Below, one piece after another: positions 37,824 through 46,136 of a DNA stretch of 46,136 nt. Where the stretch lies: the IMG/VR virus record IMGVR_UViG_3300044836_000012, positions 1 through 46,136 of that record; one strand, 5' to 3'. The stretch's first letter is position 1. Each line of letters begins with the position of its first letter. Origin of the DNA: a virus (lineage: Duplodnaviria > Caudoviricetes). Below the pieces are notes generated by a model. That model had not been told where the DNA came from. It ran no database searches and saw only the letters and a list, made by a program, of their open reading frames with translations. The position numbers were made by a program, and so were the translations under genes.

Positions 37824-38021
37824 ATGGAACACGGAAACAAAAAATACAATTTTGAGGCGCTGAGAAAAGCTGGCGATGAAATTTCAGTAAAGCCAGCTAA
37901 TATCTATTCGCTTAAAAATCTTTTGCGTAAATATGCAAAGGCCAACAATATCGAATATGCAACCTCATTCAGTTATTTAGATGGCATGAATGGCGACGTT
38001 GTGGTTAGGAGGATAGCCTAA
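37824..38021 (+). CDS. Small basic protein, possibly DNA binding
   Basis: KYNF..L..GD...VRRIA pattern. Confidence 0.55.
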   Translation: MEHGNKKYNFEALRKAGDEISVKPANIYSLKNLLRKYAKANNIEYATSFSYLDGMNGDVVVRRIA

Positions 38022-38133
38022 TGGAAACCCCCCTCGCCGACTTCTACGCCTATTGCCTTGCAAATCCAGGCATTGACATTTTGGAAGAGATGCGCAGGGC
38101 GGTGGAGCAGAATGAAAGATTAAAAACATAACA

Positions 38134-38451
38134 ATGGAAACAAACAAAAACCTCGGAGCAGAAGATTGGCTAACTAAAAATTGTGATTTGAAGGATTGGG
38201 CATGCTTAGAAGAGAGGCTTAATGACTTTATCAACACAACGGATGTTTGCCGGTATATGGAAAAATATGCGACCGATCAGGTAAGGCGAGTTGAGGTCGA
38301 AAAGTCAATATTAAAAACAGTGTTTGATAAATACGAACTGGCATTAATCAATATACGGTCAGGCACCGATAATGATCATATATTTGAATTGGCAAAAAAC
38401 GCCTTAGATGACCTCACCCCCGACATATTGGGGATGGGGATAACGGATTGA
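38134..38451 (+). CDS. Hypothetical protein
   Basis: ORF track; A-rich start context. Confidence 0.6.
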   Translation: METNKNLGAEDWLTKNCDLKDWACLEERLNDFINTTDVCRYMEKYATDQVRRVEVEKSILKTVFDKYELALINIRSGTDNDHIFELAKNALDDLTPDILGMGITD

Positions 38452-38708
38452 AAGTAATAAACAAGACAATGGAATTTAAAGGAACACTTGATCCGACTGA
38501 ATATATCATAGGCTGGATATTTAAAGGAAAATATTTTAAGCACGAAGATGATATGCGGGGCATGACTATTAATAGCGATACTGGAAAGCCCAAGCCTGTT
38601 TATGCGCCCGAATACGTAGAGGCAATGGCAATGATTTACAAGAAAAAAAGCGATAGGCTATTGGATATTCAACGCCTGCTACTTGAGCCTTTAGAAGATG
38701 ATGTATAA
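38448..38708 (+). CDS. Hypothetical protein
   Basis: ORF track. Confidence 0.55.
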   Translation: MKVINKTMEFKGTLDPTEYIIGWIFKGKYFKHEDDMRGMTINSDTGKPKPVYAPEYVEAMAMIYKKKSDRLLDIQRLLLEPLEDDV

Positions 38709-38804
38709 ACTGGCTGTAAAAAATGATAGCCTAATCACCGCCTATAATAATCTACTTATAGAATATAAACAATTTGCAAACAAAGTAAAAAAGATCATAA
38801 CAAA

Positions 38805-39083
38805 ATGAAAAGAACCCTATTAACCCTAACAACGATTGCCATGTCATTAACGGCAATGGCGCAAACGAAAAAAGATACAGCTAAATATGAAAAGATCATA
38901 AAGCTATCTGTAAATGACTATTCGGCTTTATTGCAACTTGCCGACGCTTATAAGCAATCGGTAATTTACAATCCTAAAATCCAGGATGCCGATAAAATAA
39001 AGGAGCAGCAAAATATTGATATGTATTTGTTCAACTTGCCTAAGAGGATTTTATTGGATAGTGTAAAGACTGGGAAGCCATGA
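38805..39083 (+). CDS. Small exported protein with Sec signal peptide
   Basis: MKRTLLTLTTIAMSLTAMA|Q: basic n-region, h-region, AxA, Gln at +1. Confidence 0.75.
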   Translation: MKRTLLTLTTIAMSLTAMAQTKKDTAKYEKIIKLSVNDYSALLQLADAYKQSVIYNPKIQDADKIKEQQNIDMYLFNLPKRILLDSVKTGKP

Positions 39084-39322
39084 AACACATCACCGTAATA
39101 CTATGCCTGATAGGTATGTGGATAGTTAGAGGGCCGTATGAGGATTGAGTTATGAAAACCTACCAAATCAAAAAGCTGATACATTGGTCACACGGCCATG
39201 AAAATATGCACCTCAACTATATAAAGTCACATTACGAGGCTTATATAATAGGGGGGGGGCAACGAAAAGTTTATATATTTTTGAATTGAATTAATTAGCT
39301 TTACACTTAAAAAATAAACATT

Positions 39323-39787
39323 ATGAACAATCCGATTAAATGGATTTCAGACGAAATTCACAAACTGTTGGCATGGATAACCCAAGCCGAAAAAAAACTT
39401 GCACCCGCTATAAGCATTGCGGAAACCGTTTTAAACGCCTTGAAGGCCTTTGACAATAGCATTATAGGGCAAACGGTAGAAAGTATCATAGAAGCGGCTA
39501 TACCGGCCTCTACGGGACTAATAGAAGCATTTAAGATACAACTACCAGTATGGTTAATTGATTTAAACCTGATTAAGAACGAAGGAAATAAAACATTAAC
39601 CGAGCAATGGGAAGATATATTAACCTATCTGAACTCAATTAGTGATCCTGACGTTAAGGCAAGCCAATATAATACGCTGAAGGCTTTGTTCCTGAAATTC
39701 TTTGGCACTAATTCGGGTGAGGTTGTGAGCATACAGCAAGCATTAACACTTGCCCAGCCGACCCACAGCGATAACATTTTAGTGTAA
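39323..39787 (+). CDS. Amphipathic helical protein, possibly late or membrane associated
   Basis: ORF track; preceded by a TAGCTTTAC motif. Confidence 0.65.
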   Translation: MNNPIKWISDEIHKLLAWITQAEKKLAPAISIAETVLNALKAFDNSIIGQTVESIIEAAIPASTGLIEAFKIQLPVWLIDLNLIKNEGNKTLTEQWEDILTYLNSISDPDVKASQYNTLKALFLKFFGTNSGEVVSIQQALTLAQPTHSDNILV

Positions 39788-39894
39788 TGATCGCCGCCCT
39801 GATAGTCGGAGCCATTTTAGGCGGTTGCTTTGTGGTATGCGCCCTTGCTATGGCGAAGTGGGCGTTAAAGAAATGGTACAGGCTACTACCATAA
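39787..39894 (+). CDS. 35-aa hydrophobic/cationic peptide
   Basis: MIAALIVGAILGGCFVVCALAMAKWALKKWYRLLP; TAATG coupling. Confidence 0.55.
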   Translation: MIAALIVGAILGGCFVVCALAMAKWALKKWYRLLP

Positions 39895-39978
39895 GCCGAG
39901 GTGAATTAAGTAACCGTTAGGTATAGGTATCAATAGCAAGCGTGAAAACATGAGATGAGTAACGCTTGCTTAATTTTG

Positions 39979-39986
39979 TATATTTG
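39979..39986 (+). promoter_or_regulatory. -7 box (TATATTTG) for the tmRNA
   Basis: TAnnTTTG match 13 nt before the mature 5' end. Confidence 0.55.
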
Positions 39987-39999
39987 AACATTAAAAAAC

Positions 40000-40308
40000 G
40001 GGGGTGCATGGAATTGACAGGGTGATTAAAGTAATTAATAACAAGCGAAGGATGATACTATACTTCTAAGTGTGTATCAAAAAAATAAAAGACAACTCAA
40101 TAGTTGGAGCAAAAGGTGCTAAAGTAGTGCCTATGTTTAATCGCGAAAAAGTAGCAGCTTAATATTGTAAAAGGCAGTTATCCAACTGTAAAATGGATTG
40201 GTGGAACGCTACCTTAACCGGAAGCCCCAATAATGCGAATAAAAGCTTGTAACAAGATTGTTAATTAACTGACACAACTGGACGAGGGTTCGACACCCTC
40301 CACCTCCA
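40000..40308 (+). ncRNA. ssrA: tmRNA, tag (A)DNSIVGAKGAKVVPMFNREKVAA
   Basis: Acceptor stem GGGGGTG/CACCTCC with G3-U, discriminator A, T-arm GAGGG-TTCGACA-CCCTC, GGAATTGAC D-loop analogue, helix 2 pairings, pk1-like pairings, tag ORF 40091-40162 ending AA-stop. Confidence 0.92.
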
Positions 40309-40310
40309 CA

Positions 40311-40340
40311 AAGCCAATCTTCGGGTTGGCTTTTTTATTT
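40311..40340 (+). terminator. Intrinsic terminator after the tmRNA
   Basis: AAGCCAATC-TTCG-GGTTGGCTT followed by a T-run. Confidence 0.85.
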
Positions 40341-40375
40341 TACAGGCCTCCCGAAAGAGAGCCGCCTTTGTTATT

Positions 40376-40663
40376 TCAATTTGTAATCTTAATACCGAAA
40401 AAATCCTCTGCTTTTTGAAGGATCAGGCCAATAAATACGGTATACTCCAGGATTTGTTTTTGCACAGCTTCTGGTATTTCCCGAAAACTCGTTGCACCCA
40501 TGGCTACAATGCCTATAAAAAACGCGATCATTTTAAATATAGCCTTTATCCTGTCTGGGGTTGGTAGCGTTAATGCACCGATACCAACTATTGTTTTAGT
40601 ATCGGCTTCGTTAGTAACTACGTTCTTTTGGGTTACTATAGGGTCGTTTGGTTCGTTTGCCAT
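40376..40663 (-). CDS. Putative holin
   Basis: Two hydrophobic segments after a PTP motif; directly downstream of the endolysin. Confidence 0.6.
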   Translation of the reverse strand: MANEPNDPIVTQKNVVTNEADTKTIVGIGALTLPTPDRIKAIFKMIAFFIGIVAMGATSFREIPEAVQKQILEYTVFIGLILQKAEDFFGIKITN

Positions 40664-40676
40664 GATTATAATTGTT

Positions 40677-41150
40677 TTAAGTTAAATTAAGGTATGTATC
40701 ACCAGGTATAAAATCACCTGCTTTATGTTTTGCCTGTATTTGTGCTAAAGTATAGCCGCCTTTGTATTCAAGATGTGGGTAGTCTTTAAATGTTCCGGGG
40801 AAGTCTCCACCCCAATTAAATCCTTGCTTTTTAAACGCATTAACAACGATCATCCAATTGGGATTATTTTGATCCCACACATCCTTGTAGTTTATTTGTA
40901 GGTGAAAATCAATCGCCAACCCGTAATTATGCCATGATTGACCACCTTTAGCATTACTGACTATTGGCCCTGGCGCAGTACGCCCCTGTGCATATAATTT
41001 ATCGCTTTCTTCAAACGATCTGTATGTTTGATCTATAAATGGATGTACGCCGGTTGGGGTTGCCTGTACAGCCTCGTTATAGGCTTCAATGGCTTTATCG
41101 CTGCAAATGGGGTGCAGTAATTTTAATCTTTCAAGTGACTTTGTTTCCAT
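40677..41150 (-). CDS. Endolysin, peptidase M15 family (L-Ala-D-Glu type)
   Basis: LYAQGRT, NAKGGQSWHNYGLAID, WGGDF, DYPHLE. Confidence 0.92.
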   Translation of the reverse strand: METKSLERLKLLHPICSDKAIEAYNEAVQATPTGVHPFIDQTYRSFEESDKLYAQGRTAPGPIVSNAKGGQSWHNYGLAIDFHLQINYKDVWDQNNPNWMIVVNAFKKQGFNWGGDFPGTFKDYPHLEYKGGYTLAQIQAKHKAGDFIPGDTYLNLT

Positions 41151-41153
41151 ATT

Positions 41154-41222
41154 TCAACTAAATAAAATAACCACTACACCCATTACCACCCATAGCGTTA
41201 AGTGCAACCAAAAATCTTTCAT
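41154..41222 (-). CDS. 22-aa TM micropeptide MKDFWLHLTLWVVMGVVVILFS
   Basis: Hand translation; ATGA coupled; stop 3 nt before the endolysin ATG. Confidence 0.55.
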   Translation of the reverse strand: MKDFWLHLTLWVVMGVVVILFS

Positions 41223-41365
41223 GCAAAAAAATATAATGAGCCAATAAATATCGCAACCAATATGCCCCAAATAATCAAAAACAATTTTGCGTCCTTAGAC
41301 ATATACAAATTAATTATAAATACTAAGATAAATAATAACGTTATTACTGCCCTCCAAAAGTTCAT
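41219..41365 (-). CDS. 48-aa two-TM peptide MNFWRAVITLLFILVFIINLYMSKDAKLFLIIWGILVAIFIGSLYFFA
   Basis: Hand translation; ATGA overlaps at both ends; internal in-frame ATG at 41302. Confidence 0.6.
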   Translation of the reverse strand: MNFWRAVITLLFILVFIINLYMSKDAKLFLIIWGILVAIFIGSLYFFA

Positions 41366-41442
41366 ATCATGCTAATTAGCCAAGCCCAAAATGCAACGGT
41401 GATTATTGCTATAATAATCCAGGTAATTGATTTGATGTTCAT
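41362..41442 (-). CDS. 26-aa TM micropeptide MNIKSITWIIIAIITVAFWAWLISMI
   Basis: Hand translation; ATGA overlaps at both ends. Confidence 0.55.
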   Translation of the reverse strand: MNIKSITWIIIAIITVAFWAWLISMI

Positions 41443-41789
41443 TTAAAAAAGTTCTTCCAAATTGAAGTAGCATAATACACCAATCCCAGCGCCCCGCCTG
41501 CAACAACTATTACCCAGACTATGCCCATCCATTTTGACTTATATTCAGCCAATATTTTTGTAATACCCGTTAAGCCAGTTTCAACATCTTCAATCCTTTT
41601 AACCAATCCACCGTCCTTACTGATAGGGTTGCCCAGGAGTGCCATTTGGATATTATCCAGCGTTCCCTTCATTTCTTCAGCGTGGTTATTATAGTGTTCA
41701 AGCCGTGTATTTTGAGCCTCCAATCTAATAGTTTGATTTTCTATTTTTTGACTCAACTCTTTTATTTGGGCATTCTCTATGTTTGTCAT
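41439..41789 (-). CDS. Coiled-coil protein with C-terminal TM (holin/XhlA-like lysis accessory)
   Basis: Heptad-rich N-terminus, GLVKRI motif, TM WMGIVWVIVVAGGALGLVYY. Confidence 0.65.
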   Translation of the reverse strand: MTNIENAQIKELSQKIENQTIRLEAQNTRLEHYNNHAEEMKGTLDNIQMALLGNPISKDGGLVKRIEDVETGLTGITKILAEYKSKWMGIVWVIVVAGGALGLVYYATSIWKNFFK

Positions 41790-41823
41790 TGTATATATGT
41801 TATAGCAATAATTGTGCTATGAA

Positions 41824-44800
41824 TTATCTTAATTGTTCTAATGAAAACTGTGTAACATTAACCGACTTTGATGATGAAGCCGTATCCCATGTCCCTGTTA
41901 CTTCAATTAACCCACCTGCTGAATTATCCAGCGTAACAGATGATCCGGAATTATTTAAATCCAATGTAAACCTTGCCGCATTATTTGCAACCGAATAACT
42001 TACACCGCCTGAAATAGTCACCACCCCAGACGATCCAACTGAACCTGTGGCTATTTTTACAGCACCATCAAAAGCCAATCCACTTGCACCAGCTATAAAA
42101 CCGTTTGCAACACCAGTAGCAATCACCGTACCATTATATTTTATTTTTATTGTTAACGTCCCGGCGGTAATAGCGGCCGTTGAATATATACCGCCAATAG
42201 TTAATCTATATTGTGTTCCTGCCGAAGGAGTGCTAACTGCCATACTACCAGACCCTGATGGAATAAGGCTTGTTTCTGTTGTTGTGTTGGTTAATATAGT
42301 TACACCAGAATTGGTGAATAGCGCCTTATTGGTTAAGGTTGCCGATGCAGCAGCATCCGCATAAGCCGTTGTAGCTACTTTAGTACTATTGTCCCCAGCT
42401 GATTGTGTAGTCGCCGTTGTGCCGCTTGGTAGGGCAGTTACATTCACTAAATTCTTAAATGCATCTGTTGCCACTAATTGAGTGGCAGTTAATGTTCTTA
42501 TATTTACATTTCCACTGGCATCAACAATAAAATTTGGATTATTATTGTTATAAATCGTGAAAGGGTTGCTGCCATTTACGTATATGTTAAAATCGGTTGT
42601 TGACCCAGAGCCGGTTATATTAAAAGTATTGCCCAATACCGTTGTATTGCTGCCGCCAGTTCTAAAACCAAAAGCATGACCACTTACGCCATTAATATAT
42701 AAATCTTGTCCCAATACACCTAATGATGTTAATGATGAATTAACAACAGTTGAATTTAATGTAGTGCCTGTTAATGTTCCCGCTGCGGCTGTTACTGTTA
42801 TTGCGGCTGACCCATCAAAATTGACGCCGTTAATTGCTCGTGCAGTTATTAGTTTAGTAGCCGTGCTTGAATTGCCAGTTAATGCGCCTATAAGAGCAGT
42901 TGAGGTTAATGATGTAAGCCCAGCTATTGTTGTTGCCGTAGTGCCAAGAGCAATATTGGTTGAGCCTATCGTAATAGATGAGCCTATGGGCGCATAAGTG
43001 GCTGTTCCATAGCCCTTGTCTATTTTAGACCTTGCGGTGTAAGAACCACTTAAATCGGTTGAATAATTATCAATGACATCCGTAACAAGTCCATTGGAAG
43101 ACAATCTGGCAAGCCTTGTAGGTGTATAAGAGCTGCCTACTGTTTTTCCTCCATCCAAATAAAAGTCAAACCCTGCGGATGTTTGGTTGTAAATAGTAGG
43201 GTTAGCTATTCTTGCTATCCATGAGCCAGCTACATTATCTACCCCTGCACCAACAAATATATTATCGCCCGTAATAGAACCTGCAAATAAGCCGTCTCTG
43301 TCACTTGTTTTGCGAAGATTAATCTGTGTATTATTGGCATCCAGTATATCAGTTGCATAGTTTGGAGTAGGATTATTGACCCCGATTCCCAAGAAACCTG
43401 TATTGGGGTCAATACTTTGTTTCATATCATCCTGACGGTAATTGATACGCTTAGTCATACCCAAAGCAGGAAATGCCCCTATTATATCTGCCTGTCTTTG
43501 TTGCCCTAAAGAGTTTAAATGCACGCCGTCTCCCGACCATTTTGGGTCAATGCCGAATCCTGAAATGGCGGCAAAAGATGGTGCTAAATCTATTACCGAT
43601 GCGCCATACGTACTCCTTATCCAAGTGTTATAGGCTGTTACATCGCCTGAATTTGCAGGAATTATCGTAGATGGAAATAGGGTTGTTCCCAATACATAGC
43701 CAGCACTTGTATAAGCACTGATTAGTGCAGCATAATCCGTTTCAAAAGTTAATAATGGTAAACCCCCAATTGCATCATTAACACCTAATTGAATTATAAC
43801 TTTTCTTGGTGCCAATGCGATTACTTCTGACGGTACGGCAAAAGATAATAGTGCCTGATTTCCTGCTCCGGATAAATTAATAAATTGCCCATAATACATT
43901 TCCGAGAATCGGGTTATAAAGCCATTATCGTAAGAATTGGCATAATATCCCCGTCCTCTACTATCTGCACTAAAAGCTATATCAGCATTTTTTATTTCAT
44001 CTGAACTTACATTAATGGTTCCTAATGTTTGAGTACCCCCTAAAGCATATATCGCCACTTTATTAGCGGGGGGTAATAAATATCCATTGCCTGAATAAGA
44101 ACTTGAATAGGGCTGAATTTCACTTATTGATACGCCCGTAGTAACATTTTTTAAAGTAGCTACAATTCTGCTTCTTTTGATTGAAACCGAATATTGCAAA
44201 CTATCACTTGCTGAAATGCTTAATTGTGTAGTCCCGGATAAAATAATAGCTCCATTAAAATAAAACATTATTCTACCACCGTTCGTTGCGTCACAGGCGA
44301 ACCTCACTACATTATTATAAAACCCCGTAATGGATTGAAAGCCTATCCCAAAGCCAAAAGATGTAGAGGTAATGCTGCCTACCTTTGCACCACCTGAAAT
44401 GCTTATATTCTCTAAATTGGTTGTGCCGTAAGAGGTATTTTGCAGATAATTAGTAAATACAACGCTTCCCGATGCGCTTGTAACAGTTAAATGATTGGAT
44501 GAAGCGGTTAGTCCGCTCCCTACTAAATTCCAGTTTCCCGTATTTGTCCAATTGTCATTTACTAAAGTTCCGTAAGGAGTATAAGTTCCGGGTTGCGCAT
44601 AAGCCTCTAATCCAGCCCAATTGGGATAGGTAGTTGTGCTTGACGATGGGGTCGCTGTTTTGTTGCTTAGTAATTCTCTGGCATTTAACTGCGTTTGTCC
44701 GCTACTTGTAAAGTCGTAAAAAGACTTTGTTATACTGTTAATAGTATTTACAGTTGGATTGGGATAAGAGCCTGTCAAATCACCCCCTGCGGCTCCTGAT

Positions 44801-45483
44801 GGAGGTAAAGACGACGGTATATTACTCAATAAAGCCAAAGTACCGTTTGCTGCCTGATATGTTTGTGTAAACGTACCGGCTGTAACGGTTCTATTTAGGA
44901 TTAACGTATTAGAGTGCCCATCATCAAAGGTTAATGTAGTTGGTTCTATGTCAACATGCGCCACATCAATTACCTGTACAAGCGCAGGAGCAACTATTGT
45001 AGTTGCCGTACCACTTCCACCATATGCGTCTATTTCGGTAAAGCTAACCGCATCTGTCGTACTTAATCTCTGATTTTCTAAAGGTTGTGAATAGTTTACC
45101 AATTGCCAATTCCTAGCATATCCTTGCGCATTTGTACTATCCGATTTAAGTTTATAAATAGCGGATGCGCCGCCTGAATGCAAATAAGTTGATAACATTA
45201 CCGCCGTATCAGCTATATTCAGCTTTAGGTTTAAACCCGATTGCGTACTCGTTCCTGTGTAATGGTTGAACTGGTAGCCTGTAAGTAATTGCACCCAATC
45301 CCCTGTTATGGTATTCAGGAAACCAATCTGTGCATTGCTGGCATTGCCGCCACGCTGATACCATGAATTAGGGGTGAACGACGATATAATAGGCGGTGCT
45401 GTTAGCTTTGTGCTGTCATTTGTTGGAGCTTGCGCCGAAGCGAATAAGGGCAATAACAGTATGAGTAATATTAATCTGCGCAT
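41824..45483 (-). CDS. Large fibre-like protein with Sec signal peptide and SGNH/GDSL esterase domain
   Basis: MRRLILLILLLPLFASA|Q; SGNH blocks ADS, SGAG, LGVND, DGVH; fibre motifs GGDLTGSYPNPTV, ARAINGVNFDGS, DNSTKVATTAY. Confidence 0.8.
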   Translation of the reverse strand: MRRLILLILLLPLFASAQAPTNDSTKLTAPPIISSFTPNSWYQRGGNASNAQIGFLNTITGDWVQLLTGYQFNHYTGTSTQSGLNLKLNIADTAVMLSTYLHSGGASAIYKLKSDSTNAQGYARNWQLVNYSQPLENQRLSTTDAVSFTEIDAYGGSGTATTIVAPALVQVIDVAHVDIEPTTLTFDDGHSNTLILNRTVTAGTFTQTYQAANGTLALLSNIPSSLPPSGAAGGDLTGSYPNPTVNTINSITKSFYDFTSSGQTQLNARELLSNKTATPSSSTTTYPNWAGLEAYAQPGTYTPYGTLVNDNWTNTGNWNLVGSGLTASSNHLTVTSASGSVVFTNYLQNTSYGTTNLENISISGGAKVGSITSTSFGFGIGFQSITGFYNNVVRFACDATNGGRIMFYFNGAIILSGTTQLSISASDSLQYSVSIKRSRIVATLKNVTTGVSISEIQPYSSSYSGNGYLLPPANKVAIYALGGTQTLGTINVSSDEIKNADIAFSADSRGRGYYANSYDNGFITRFSEMYYGQFINLSGAGNQALLSFAVPSEVIALAPRKVIIQLGVNDAIGGLPLLTFETDYAALISAYTSAGYVLGTTLFPSTIIPANSGDVTAYNTWIRSTYGASVIDLAPSFAAISGFGIDPKWSGDGVHLNSLGQQRQADIIGAFPALGMTKRINYRQDDMKQSIDPNTGFLGIGVNNPTPNYATDILDANNTQINLRKTSDRDGLFAGSITGDNIFVGAGVDNVAGSWIARIANPTIYNQTSAGFDFYLDGGKTVGSSYTPTRLARLSSNGLVTDVIDNYSTDLSGSYTARSKIDKGYGTATYAPIGSSITIGSTNIALGTTATTIAGLTSLTSTALIGALTGNSSTATKLITARAINGVNFDGSAAITVTAAAGTLTGTTLNSTVVNSSLTSLGVLGQDLYINGVSGHAFGFRTGGSNTTVLGNTFNITGSGSTTDFNIYVNGSNPFTIYNNNNPNFIVDASGNVNIRTLTATQLVATDAFKNLVNVTALPSGTTATTQSAGDNSTKVATTAYADAAASATLTNKALFTNSGVTILTNTTTETSLIPSGSGSMAVSTPSAGTQYRLTIGGIYSTAAITAGTLTIKIKYNGTVIATGVANGFIAGASGLAFDGAVKIATGSVGSSGVVTISGGVSYSVANNAARFTLDLNNSGSSVTLDNSAGGLIEVTGTWDTASSSKSVNVTQFSLEQLR

Positions 45484-45805
45484 AGTTGTTTTGTTTATGG
45501 TAAAAATAATACAAAAAATAATACATTAAACAAAAACTTAGTTGTACTTTTACAACATGAATAGACCGCAAACAATAAAGGAATATGCCGATAGCCGAAA
45601 CATATCGGTACAGGCAGTTCCACACCTTAAAAAAGTAAAGATTATTGAAAAGCCGCTTTGTATCGAATGGGACGGTGAATGGGTTGAGGTTAAAAAGCAG
45701 AAATTTGTACAGATATTGTAACACTTCTGTTACAAAGTTGCTTGTATTAAATAAAGTCGTATACTTGTATTGTCAAATGAATGACACTTAAAAATTTGCA
45801 AAACA

Positions 45806-46081
45806 ATGGAAACTTCAACAATCACAACCGCTAAACCAACTCAAGAATTATTAACTCTTGCAATCGCTAAAGCATCACGCTTACAGCCACAAACTCAAAT
45901 CAGATTAACAGCTGATAATAATTCTTATTATCTGTTTAATATAGCTGGTTTTCTTTATATCGGCGTTGACCCTAAAGAAACAAGCGTTAAATTTTTCAAA
46001 AACAAATCTGAATATACTATGAAAGACAAAGACGGTAACGTTCAATATGATAAGCTTCAATTGCTTATCGGTAAATTATAA
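45806..46081 (+). CDS. Hypothetical early protein
   Basis: ORF track; promoter-like TTG-19-TATACTTG at 45738-45767. Confidence 0.65.
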   Translation: METSTITTAKPTQELLTLAIAKASRLQPQTQIRLTADNNSYYLFNIAGFLYIGVDPKETSVKFFKNKSEYTMKDKDGNVQYDKLQLLIGKL

Positions 46082-46136
46082 CCGTAAGTTTCGCAAATTC
46101 TTGCGGCTTATGCGGCCCCCCCCCCCCCCCCACAAG

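Larger units (their letters stand above)
1..46136. mobile_element. Tailed bacteriophage genome (siphovirus-like, probable Bacteroidota host), probably near-complete and circularly permuted
   Basis: Full set of TerS/TerL, portal, protease, capsid, tail, tape measure, lysis and replication genes. No flanking host genes. The plus-strand gene run at 45806-46081 continues logically into 33-2972. Confidence 0.93.

Noticed and set aside
39251-39259. G9 tract in a 45-codon ORF as a phase-variable switch
   Set aside because: The ORF is short and unsupported and the tract is near its end; no evidence of function
40270-40310. tRNA gene or attP site
   Set aside because: The T-arm and acceptor belong to the tmRNA (no anticodon arm); no integrase and no duplicated 3' end found
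45416-45724. 102-aa minus-strand ORF upstream of the fibre gene
   Set aside because: Overlaps the fibre start and the divergent promoter region; composition looks like translated AT-rich intergenic DNA
46116-46136. C16 tract at the window end as a phase-variation site
   Set aside because: It lies at the contig edge, and the final CACAAG also occurs at 11-16, suggesting a low-quality terminal overlap or poly-G sequencing artefact; reads are needed to decide

Overview
The window looks like a complete or near-complete ~46 kb tailed phage genome (siphovirus-like, HK97-type head). The host is probably in Bacteroidota, judged from TAnnTTTG promoter boxes, A-rich start contexts, a BT4734/VirE-N primase-like gene and Ala|Gln signal peptides. 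Most genes are on the minus strand: recombination (AAA/Sak4-like, nuclease, SSB-like), an IbrA/EctC-like/IbrB module, helicase, iteron origin and primase, TerS, a cassette of five glycosyltransferases plus an FkbM methyltransferase, TerL, portal, protease, capsid, tail and tape measure. A separate block holds a signal-peptide-bearing fibre/SGNH protein and the lysis genes. Plus-strand islands of small genes interrupt these operons, and a phage-encoded tmRNA (40000-40308) has its own tag peptide. I recognised no integrase, DNA polymerase, CRISPR array, tRNA or spanin. The strongest leads are: (1) the PAPS-reductase, orphan ectoine-synthase-like and ParB module, a possible new DNA/nucleotide modification system; (2) the glycosylation cassette between TerS and TerL; (3) the tmRNA; (4) a small protein copying the tape-measure C-terminal motif; (5) an exported fibre-like esterase; (6) a chain of membrane micropeptides in the lysis cassette. 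All family assignments come from motif recognition by eye, without database searches.
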